A stretch of DNA of 64,000 nt from Octopus vulgaris (lineage: Eukaryota). The notes under the pieces were generated by a model. That model made no database searches and was not told the DNA's origin. It saw nothing but the letters and a program-made list of their open reading frames with translations. This document shows, in pieces, positions 27,001-39,000 of this stretch. The stretch is from contig OX597820.1 in assembly GCA_951406725.2 (NCBI GenBank), positions 26,226,001-26,290,000 of the forward strand, read 5' to 3'. Position numbers and translations under genes: made by a program. The first letter of the stretch is position 1, and every line of letters starts with the position of its first letter.

Positions 27001-30000
27001 CTTTAGGACAAAACTAGCTCAGTCAGATTTGGTTTAGAAAGCAAACCAAACAATTAGGTTAAACAATGTCAAACATTTGAAATTCCTCTTAAAAAAACAT
27101 AAAAACCGAGTGCTTGAGCACTGATGAAAACTTCAGTCCTGGATGGTTTAATTTGATTACTGTTGTGGTCAAGTTGGCATTGAAATAAGTAATCAATAAT
27201 GTACTGTTCTTTGTGGTCAGTAAATAGACCAGTTCTGATTTATTGGATCAGTGCCAATATTTGAATTGTCTATAGTGATGATCAGAGGAGGTCTCCTTGA
27301 TCAGAGCTGACGTAGCCATTGTAACTGTGGCAGCAACATCATTACACATTGCAGCCAAATTGTATTTTTGGCAACACTTTTATTTTGTATTACAGAAAAA
27401 ATATTTTAGGAAATTTTAAATTCTATCAGAGGGTCTTTATCAAGTTATAAACACAAGGCAAAATAGCATTAAACATGATATGAGGGAGCACTCTGTCGGT
27501 TACAACGACGAGGGTCCCAGCTGATACGATCAACGGAACAGCCTGCTCATGAAATTAATGTGCAAGTGACTGAACAATCCACAGACACAACCGTACCCCT
27601 AACATAGTTCTCAGGGAGATTCAGCGTGACACAAAGTGTGACAAGGCCGACCCTTTGAAATACAGGTACAACTCATTTTTGCCAGCTGAGTGGACTGGAG
27701 CAACGTGAAATAAAGTGTCTTGCTCAAGGACACAACGCATCGCCAGGAATCGAACTCACGACCTTACAGCCGTGAGCCGAATGCCCTAACCACTAAGCCA
27801 CACGCCTTCACAAACATGATATAACCACTGTGTAATCGACTGACTGTTGTTTGCCACACATGAAGGCTTGACATCACTGAGATCATGTTGGTGATGTCAT
27901 TTGTTCCCCCCTTACCATTCTTCTCAGTCTAACAGCAGTCCATCATTGATATCTGTGTACGCTACAGGTTGCTTTCGATGTCTTCCCAGGGTCTTTAGGT
28001 GATGGCAAATGCTGATCACCATTTTCTACAACTATATTTTATGCATCACAAGTGATCAAACACCCACAGATGTCCTCACCTAGCAAACTTCTTTTCGCCG
28101 AAGTCTCATTCTGACTCTGGTAAGGGTTACTAACTGAAAATTTAACCAAGCACATTCATTTAATGTGTTATTTCAAATGAGGTTGTTTAAATCTGAGCAC
28201 ACAGGCACCAAGTTTAGGAAGTAGTTCCTTGGAATTTTCTCTAAGAGACGGGACTTGTGTATTGTCAATAAGAATGTCAGTGTCATTATTGTTCATCATC
28301 ATCATCATCGTTTAACGTCCGCCTTCCATGGGTTGGGTGATTTTGACTGAGGGCTGGTGAACCAGACGGCCGCACCAGGCTCCAATCTTGATCTGGCAGA
28401 GTTTCTACAGCTGGATACCCTTCCTAATGACAACCACTCCGAGAGTGTAGTGGGTGCTTTTTACGTGCCACCGGCCTGGTAGTAAACATTTCATGAGTTT
28501 TATTGCCCACATAGCATTTCTTGAGTTTTGTTATTGAATTGAGGAATATTTAAAAAGTATTTTTTGCATATGAATTTCGTGTTTGGTTACAGTTCTCTCT
28601 TTACACCAGTGTATTGCTTCTGCACATTATGTATGCATATATCGAATACTTTATAAACTAATGTTTATCAGAGCTCATTAGGTTTAATTAATATTTCATT
28701 TGAATAAGGCAGCAAGCTGGCAGGGTCATTAGCACACTGGACAAAATGCTTAGCAGCATTTCAACCGTCTTTACGTTCTGAGTTCAAATTCTGCCGAGGT
28801 CACCTTTGCCTTTAATCCTTTCAGAGTTGATAAAATGAGTACCAGCTGAGCACTGGGGTCGATGTAATTGACTTACCCGCTCCCCCAGTATTTCATTTGA
28901 ATACTCTAAAAAAATTTTATCCGTTCATTAATCTTTTTGTTGTCATACTTCAAATTAAACAGTGTCTGCTAGCTACACTTCTGTAAGGTCAAAGTAATGT
29001 CCCATTTTTCTTTTAGGACTGTAATAGTCTAATAGATTTGTTAGTGAGGGTCTGTTGCTCCATGTCAGAATAAATATTTAGAAAATATAATAAGAAAATT
29101 CATGTATTCAGTTTCTGATGGTATCATTTGGTTGATAATATAAGTCAGTGGTTCCCAAAGTGGGCGGTATTGACCCCCTGAGTGTGGTGGAAAGTTCCAA
29201 GGGGCCATTCAAGAAAAGTGGGGTGATAATGGGGTAGCAATTTGTGTAAAAACAAACAAAATAATGGATTTGTTAGCTTAGTTTTATTTGTGAAATACAG
29301 TTGCTTTGAATTTGCTTCAGAAAGAGGTCTGTGTTTGTAAAGGTTAGTTGGGGTGGGAGCACCAGGAATGTGGCCTGGGTGTCAAGCAGGTAGCAGCCCG
29401 AAAGATTTTAGGAACCACTGATAAAAGTGAGAAACTGAAAATGAGACTTTTCTGAATGTTACATATATGAGAATATATTGATGTGGATTGTTTCTAAAGA
29501 TTACCACACTTGCCAACACACACACACATGCACACGTGCGTATTTATGTAGGTCTCCAACACACCTTATGTAATATCTAGTTGTAAGTTGTGTCTCTGTG
29601 TGCTCACGCATGTGTGTGGCTATATTTATGAGACCCTTTAATGTAGAAATTCTGTCATTGGAGCTCATTTTACAGAAACAACAATCTTCTCATCAATAGT
29701 GTTAGAGGTGACATAACCGAACACTCCTTAACTCCTTCAATCCATCCCTCCTTTTTAATTTACTCACTGCTAACAACTCACACCCAAATGGCATATGCTA
29801 GCTAGTAATTTATGCACACACACACTACTGATGCTCCTTCCTCTTGACATCACACACAACTGACACTCTGATACTTACTGATGTAACAACTAACATATTA
29901 CTGATGATTCATTGCATTCTCTTCCTGACAACTCATGGTATTGCCACTCCCTCTATTATGTCTCATACTGCTGACACTCCCTTCAAGAACTCACATTCTA

Positions 30001-33000
30001 CTCATGCACTACTGATACTCTTCAGCACAATGCCAGTTTTGTGTGAGCTGTTGTTATAGAAGGGATCAGCTTATCAACTTGCATTGTGTAATAGCTTCTA
30101 AATCACATCTTGGCTAACAACACTAGATAATGGTTGATAACAGCATACAACTAATAATATTAGATGACAGCAGCCAAGTGAGACCATAACCCGTGGCCTA
30201 TGGCAGGGTTGTAACCAGCCCACTTATGCATATCTTTCCTTCAGTGGACACTAAACTTGTGAAGACTTGGGGCAAGTGAAATCGAAGTCAAATCAAATTT
30301 GCAAGTTCGATGACTGGCACCCGTGCCAGTTGAGCGCTAAGAGCACCATCAGAGCGTGATTGCTGCCAGAGCAGCTGACTGGCTTCTGTGCCGGTGGCAC
30401 ATAAACAGCACCATTCAAACGTGCTCATTACCAGCATCGCCTTACTGGCACTAGTGCTAGTGGCATATGAAAAACATTCGAGTGAGGTCGTTGCCAGTGC
30501 CGCTGGACTGGCTCCTGTGCAGGTGGCACATAAAAAACACCACTTGAGCGTGGCCGTTGCCAGTACTGCCTAATTGGCCCTCGTGCTGGTGTCACGTAAA
30601 AGCACCCACTACACTCTTGGAGGGGTTGGCGTTAGGAAGGGCATCCAGCTCTAGAAACTCTGCCAGATCAGATTGGAGCCTGGTGCAGCCATCTGGTTCG
30701 CCAGTCCTTCGTCCAACCCATGCTAGCATGGAAAGCGGACGTTAAATGATGATGATGATGAGTCAACAACATCATACAATAAAATATTGAAATTGGTTTG
30801 TTATATAATATTTTAGATAATTGAGTAAATGTTAATGCTACGAGAAAGAGGCAAGGGCTGTGTATACTAGTGTAAAAGTTGAATATTTAGACCAGATGTT
30901 TAGGCTAAAAATTAGGGGTTGACTATTTATATAGATATTTCTTTAAAGGAAAGTGGGGAAATATTAGAGTAATTACAGTAACAATGTCAATAATTATCCA
31001 GTATTTACATCAAAACTTTGTAGCTCTTGTGTTTTATCTCCATCCCTCATACTCAATTTATTAACTTTGTCAAAGTCAAATTCATCAACAGTACTATGTA
31101 GGTAGCAGTGCTGAATTTTTGTCACTAATTCAGCACAGTCTAAGGCTGTGAATGTCAAATAGAAATTTGAATTACACTATAACTTTTAGAAATTTCAAAC
31201 ACAAAGGTCTATTCAAATCTTACAAAATCACACTGTTCATCATTATTGTCATCTTATCATCTCAATCAGCAGGCAGCTTTTGTGCAGTTTTCATTCTCTG
31301 CCAATGTGTTAAATCGTCTCGTTATATGCATCTTGTGCACTTGCCTTAAACTAGAAAGCTAAGTTCACTTTGTGCAATACAAGGAAAAATACCAGATTTT
31401 TAGGTTAAAAAAAAAAGTGAGGGTGAGTTTGATTCCTCTTCTCCAGAGATTTGAACAGCTCCATGAGTTACATATTTTCCTTCTTGATGATTTCCAAGTA
31501 CCTACTTCAGCAGCATCTTGCAAGATATTTGTTTTTGTCATGTGTGTGAAGTTAGTTCAGTATCTCATACAAACTTTCTCAAACCACTAACTTCTCTAAC
31601 AGCCACATAGTTGTCTTCTCAGTAACTTTCAGTTTGAATGACACCTGTATAATTGTCTTCCTGGGAAGCATATTTGCATAAAATAACAAATTTAAGGCCA
31701 AAACTACACAACTGTATTCTGCAAGTGTCACAAGGGAACTAGAATTAAGAGCTCACCTGTCTAGTGAGTCACTGATTCAACTTTAACCTGACCTTTGTAC
31801 AGTCTTTCAGACCTCTGTAGCTGGTAGAAAGAATGAAACAGCAAGATTTGGAAATTATAACATCACTGCATTGAGAAGGATTGCTTATCATTTAACTGGT
31901 CACACTGCTTCACGTTTGTTTATTATTATAAACCATAGGCTGATGAAGCATTGTGTACTGTTTATTGTGTGCATACATCAATGACTGATGCATCTGGGTT
32001 ACATCTTCAGTGATGTGCCTGGTATCATCAGGCGTTTCAGGTCTTTCAACATCATACACCCTCCTCCTGGTGACCCAGCAGGGGCTGATTAGACCCCAGC
32101 TTGTGTGCCTAGATGGCCAACTAGCTACCCCATGGCTCTCCTCTTTTGATCCACAGCCATCTTAAGGCCGTCTCTGCCGCATTTGTGGTACTGTGGATGG
32201 CCTTCCTCCTCACTCCCTCGATGCCCAAACTGCTGAAGGCTCTGGTCAGGGAATGGGCTGCAAAACCTCTGCATCCAATTGTTCAGAAATATGGTAATTA
32301 GAAATGGTGTGTCCACTAATTGCAGTTATTTGGATAATTGATGTGATGAATCCAGCCACCTGATGTTTTTGCGAACTGTACATCAAAATATATCAAAGAG
32401 GAAAATTTATTCTCTCATTGCAACATTTTATACATAAAAACAATCTTTTTTCCTGCGAAAAATGTAAGGTCAATTACCTCGTTTTCAGAGCAGTCCAGGG
32501 GAACTAACTCTTAGCAAATTATTTTGTAGATTTATATCCGTTATTTTGTTGTTGGTATATTTTAGCACTACAGTTGATCTCTTTCCTTGAAACGCATTGC
32601 ATCAAGTCTTTGTGAAATTTGCTTGGATAGGATACAAATTTATGACAAGTACATTTTCTCAGTTGTACCTTAAATAGATAGTACAACATTAAGAGACATT
32701 GAACATGGGCTTTTTTTTTGTTTTTTAAATCAGGTAATACCTATGTTATTCATGTTTCAGGAAAGACTATAGTAGAAAGATTTGATGTTATTAAGGTCAT
32801 TAATTGGTTGAATCCTCAGACCATCAGACAGAATGTCTTGCAGTAATTCATCTTACTCTTTAGTCTTTTACTTGTTTCAGTCATTTGACTGTGGCCATGC
32901 TGGAGCACCGCCTTTAGTTGAGCAAATCAACCCCAGGACTTATTCTTTGTAAGCCTAGTACTTATTCTATAGGTCTCTTTCGCCCAAACGCTAAGTTACA

Positions 33001-36000
33001 GGGACATAAACACACCAGTTTCGGTTGTCAAGCGATGTTGAGCAGACACACACACACACACACACATATATGTATATATACGACGGGCTTCTTTCAGTTT
33101 CTGTCTATGAAATCTACTCGCAAGGCTTTGGTTAGCCTGAGGCTATAGTAGAAGACACTTGCCCAAGGTACCACGCAGAGGGACTGAACTTGGAACCATG
33201 TGGTTCGTAAGCAAGCTACTTACCACACAGCCACTCCTACGCCTATATTAGGTCAACTTTCTCTATCATCCTTTTGGGGTTGATGGTGTTGACTAACTTC
33301 CTTCCTTTAAAATTGCTGTGCTTGTGTCTAAATTAGAAATACTAATTATTATGAAGAATAACTGAAATGTTGACAATGGCATGATTTTGAACCTCTAGCT
33401 CTTTATGGTCTAAGTTTAGATCCTGGTCGCCTTCGCGTTTCATTCCTCCAGGTCACTAGAATAAAGTGCCAGGTTCTTGTGTATAATGTACACTGACTTT
33501 TCTTTAGTATTAAGATATATGGGGGAAAAACTGAATAGATTTATTATAATTGCTGTATAAAATATTTGAAAATATTTACATATCCCTCTTTCTTTCGGAG
33601 AGGTACTGAGCAGCTATACACACACGGCAGTAACTTCCGCCTACCAAATTCAATCACAAAGCTTCGGTCGACTCGGGGCTATAGTGGAAGACACTTGCCC
33701 AAAGTGCCACGCAGTGGGACTGAACCCGAAACCATGTAGCTAGGAAGAAGCTCCCTAACCACACAGCCATGCGCCTACAATAGTTGTAATTTCCCGGAAT
33801 CATCTGTATTGTTGTTGTAGTCATCAACCTTTATTATATTCTAATCTTGTGTTTAAAAAAAAAAAGATAAATCTGTTTGAAATTTGTTTTATTTATTATT
33901 AATTACTTTTGTGAATGACTTTGTTCATTTGTTGTAGCCCCGAAAGAGAACCAACAAGAAGTTGAGTCCTGCTGCCCAGCTGGAACAAACAAAAGAAGGA
34001 TGTGTTGACTTGGAGACACCTGACTCCATTCTTGTGAACACTAACTTAAGAGTGAGTTAATTGTCTTTTAGCTTTGTTTCTTTGTCTTTTCATTTATTGG
34101 TTTCAGCCCTACTCGAAGCTCTTTATGTTCTGAGTTAAAATCCCACCAAAGTTCACTTTGACTTTCATCCTTTTGAGGTGAATAGAATAATAACAATTTA
34201 GCATGGATTGATGTAATTGACCACCCCTTCTCTCTAGGTTTGTCCTTGTGCCAAAATTTTAAACCATTATTCAAGCACAAGTTATCAAAAAAACAGAATT
34301 TCTTTGTTTTGCTTCAAGGATGTGAGATAACATTTCCGTTCCAAGTTGTCATGTTTGTATTGGACAACTCTACAGAAAAGATTTCTCTGTCTTTTCATCA
34401 GTTTATTTATGATTGGTATATGAATATTATTTCATAACTATTTTTTTTATATATCTATATCAGCTTTAGGTTTACATAATGTTTTAAATTTTCTCTCAAC
34501 ATATACTCACCATCTTTCACCTTTTAGCTTTCAGATTAGTTTGTCAAATGTAATGCTAATTTATTCAAATTGGTTTGAATTAATCATGCAGTATCATGCA
34601 GCTTCAAACTTTCAATGATGTGAATGTATATATTTTTATGAAGACATTGCATGGTAGATGAAAACAGCCAAATCTGGTCAGTTTGAACATAAAACATGTA
34701 GAATGTTTGGCCCTCATACAACCAGTTTAAATACTAAAGGGTTAAATAAAAACCCCTTTCCCATATTTGAAGTCCCAGCCCTAAGAGGCCATATCACTTA
34801 AAGATAATCTGAGCATCATTAATAAATTGCTCAGTCAAATGATCTTTTCATAACTTACCCTATGCCATAACTGTACACAAGTATAGAGACTCAGCAACAA
34901 GATATTGTTTTCTTTCTTCTAATATGTCATCCATTTTACACCTGTGGAATATACCATAATCTGTTCTGTATACATTAAACCAATCAGGATCCCTGTTTTA
35001 CAAGATGATTTTTAATTGTCTTTTTCAGGCATTAATTAATAAGCACACATTCCAGCTTCTTCCAGCAGATTACCAGTATCGGTTGATTCAGCTTTTACCT
35101 GAGTGTGACCGGTTGGTTGAAGGGTCCAGGTAAGAAATAATAGTGTCTTTTTTTGTTTTTTTAGTTTTTGAATTTTTTTTTTTTGTGTGCACTTTGTTTA
35201 AACCAAGATAACAATTTAGGAGACATAGCCAAGCTGCACTGATAACAACTGACAGTAATACAAAGTGACAATTTAGAGCAATTGTTCTCAACCGGGGTCC
35301 ATATGAGGTTTGGGGTGGGAGGTGGGGCATCCATGCATGCAAAATAGTAAATTGCATACACACAGTAGTATATTATAGGTCCATGAAAACATTTTGACTT
35401 AGATGTATTTATTGGGAAAAACAATTAACTTTCTTTCTCTGACGTTTTACATAGTTCAACCTACACAAGTTAATGTGTGATGACCAAAATAGGAATTTCA
35501 AAAGAAGTATCTATAAAACCAGGTTTTAAACATCAAGAGGCTAAGGGGGTCCACCAGACTAAAATTGTAATGAAAGGGGTCCATAGGTAAAAAAGTGATT
35601 GAGAAATACTGATTTAGAAGAACTGTTAATTTGTTTGGCAGTTGTGCTAACTGGTTCTTATTAAGATACATTGTCTCTGTTAGCTGTTAAAAGTGTTTAG
35701 TTGAAGAACCCACCAAGAAATATATTTTTTGAAAATGGTAACTTTATTTCAATGATGAGAGCATTCGTTTTTGGCTACACTGGCATAGGTTTGATGGATA
35801 CTTGTCCAAAGCAGTGTGTTTCTAGCATGCACTAGATTGCAATTATATAAACAATAACTCTGAGCACCTTTTCAAACTCAACCTGTCTAACACCCGTGGA
35901 CATGCTTACAAAGTCAGAAAACAGCACAGCTCCCATGACTTTTGGAACCATTTTTTCATGCTAAGTGTTGCTGAAGTATGGAACAAACTGCCAGCATCAG

Positions 36001-39000
36001 TTGTTAGTTGTCGGAGCACTGCATCCTTCAAAACTTCCATGCTTCCTGAGATTTACCAACACTCATACACTGTTCACTGTTGACAAGTTGTGGTGTACCT
36101 GAGCACTGTATACAATAATTTCATTATTATTATTATTTTTCTACTTCTGTGCAGGAGAGGAAGAATGCTATTGCCAAGGGAGATTATTAACTTTAAAGCC
36201 ATTTGTTTGTTGAAAGAAATTTTCTATGCCACTATCTTTTTCTTTTATACAGAATGAGTACAACTGCTTTAAATAATGAGTTCTTTTCCAAAGCCTGTCA
36301 AGAATGGAAAGAAAGATTGGCAGAAGGTAATATTTATAAGTCGTTCTACTCTTGCTTTTATTGTTTTGGGACAAGGAGGTTTTTTTTTTAAATACTATAT
36401 TTGTATGTAAAGCACTTTTGCATATAATGTGCATTCATGAAATAAAAACTATCTCATGTACTGTTCCCTCTCTACTGTGTGCATGCAGAGGCATATAGTT
36501 TTTGCAACCAATGCACCAAAAAAAATCATATACACAAAAGTTTGTCTAAAATAATGAATGAATAATTATATTTGTATATTCAATGCATAGTGCAAGATTT
36601 TTGTACATGCAAATATTAGAAGCAACACTGTTCTTGTGTATAATGTACACTGACTTTTCTTTAGTATTAAGGTATATGGGGAAAAAACTGAATAAATTTA
36701 TTATAATTTGCTGTATAAAATAATTGAAAATATTTACATATTATAAACAAAACAAAAAGGAAATTTGAAAGTGACCTTCAAACTACAGTAAGCACTCGCC
36801 ATATTGCGGCTCACCTATTGCACCCTCAGTACATCACAGATTTTTTTGGCTAATTTATGTAAATTTATATCGTGGACTCCTCAGTATATTGCAGGTTTCT
36901 GCGGCTGATTTGTATTTATTTTTTTTTTTATTTTAATTATTTCTGTGGTAGAATAAGCATTTTCACACCTAAAAATTAATAATTAAAAATACAGTACAGT
37001 ACTGCACTGCATAACACATTAATTAAAATGTATTAAGAGAAAATACATAGTGTACCCTAGATGAGTAAACAAAAAATCGCACATACTGTATGGAAAATGA
37101 AACTTGGGAGGTGAGTGTGTATTGTTTTGCATTTATGATAAAATAAATATATACAAATTATAAAAATAATATAAAAAATACAGGACAGTACTGTTTCTAC
37201 TTTGTGGATTTTCACCTATCACAGGGTGGTTTTGGAATGTAACATCCGTGATAGTTGAGGGATTATTGTATACTAGTATAACTTGCAAAAAGTATTTGCT
37301 GTGTAGTCTACATTGTGTAAATCACCAATGTTTTTTCATGGAAAATAAAAGTGCCTAAAATAAATGCAGAATCTATTAATATTTGGAATGTTGTATGTAA
37401 TTTTAAAATTCTGGGTATAAAGAATTTGATTGATTGTTGGAGCATGTGTTTTTACATTGAAATGTTCTCCTTACTTACTGACCTGTTAGCATCAACCCTG
37501 TTTTTGTTATTGACAGGAATCACTTGATATTTAAACAAAATTAACATTATTTGAAAACTAAGAAATTTGTGCCCAGACAATTAAATTACTCTTAAATTGA
37601 TTTCTTATGTAGGCATAATGCCAAAAGTTTAAAAGGAAATAGACTGTGACTGGCCTTGTAGACTGTCTTAGCATAAATAGTTTAAATGAAATAAATTATT
37701 AGCAATTTGAAGCAGCTCACCAGAAGATCATCCTTTTTTTTTTAAAACTTAATTACATGAAACTGGCATTACATTACTGTATTCATTTTTCGCCATTTTC
37801 TTATCCTAATTTGCAGGAGAATTTACACCTGAAAACCAACAACGCTTGAAGCAAGAAGAAGAGAAAGAACAGACGAAGATGGATCCTTGGAAGGTAAGTT
37901 ATTATTTAATAAGATGACTGATGGTGTAATTCAGTAACTGTTTCATGATAAGTGAGAACTGTTTAAAAAACTCCTTGTTCTTTTTATAAATCTGGTGGTT
38001 GCTTGTAGAGCTGTCTGTAATTGAACAAGTTAGCACTGCAACTTCTTCACATCTTGGGAGTTACTGAGTCTAACAGAAACCTCTTTTGGCTGAGGCACCC
38101 TGTACTCTTTGTAATTTTTTTTTTAGCATTTCAGGAATAGATATTATGAAGGATTATGCTTCCACTAAATTTCAGTTTCTTGGAACATAGAAGGAATATA
38201 ATGGTTAAAATTTGCTAATGATTTGAGCATTTTCTTCCTTTGTATTTGTACATTGGCTAGATAGATGTGTATTTTACCATGAGTTCACACATGTCGAGTT
38301 TGTCGTTATCTGGGTGTAACACAGATATCATTTTATTGTTGGTGTTGTGCATATTGGCACAAAGATATAGAAGTGTATGAATCGTTTGAATAACAAAGCT
38401 CTCAGAATACTATTGGTCCCAATTTTATCCATAATAATGGGATAGCGGGTGTTGTTGATGTTCACTGTATCTTAATACTTTTAATACCAAACCCACATAA
38501 GAATGTCCCTTGTTCTATAGTACAAAAGTCTTATTTTAAAGTGATCTAAATTAAAATATTCATTCAAAATTTCTTGTTAATTTGTTCCAAACCTCAGCTT
38601 AGTGATAAAAATGTTATTTTACTGAATTCCTTCATTATCTTTAAAATGAACTGAAACAAGAGCAGTGTAATTTCAACAGAAATTTGGTAACAAGAGTTAA
38701 AAGAGTGTAATAGCGCAAACCATTTAATCTGATAGATTACTATTTCTGCTGTTTCTCAACTCATTTATTGCATAACAATATCAGTTGACCTTTCTAGTTG
38801 GCAGATTCTTAACTTGTAATTATAACAACATGACATTGTTCTAACTGTAAATCCTATTGTAAGCAACTTCAAAGTGAGAAAATGAGAGGGAAAAATGAAC
38901 TTGAGCGAAAATTTATTTTTCATTGATTTTTGCCTCAGAAATATTGCTTGTTAAAATACTTCCATCTACTTAAGATTTTAATGATTCTCATGGTCTCTTT

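Noticed and set aside
30310-30610. Regularly recurring TGCC.GTGGCAC.TAAA units resembling a repeat-spacer array
   Set aside because: Degenerate internal repeats of retroposon family D, also present in the copy at 39900-40150; eukaryotic context, no cas genes.
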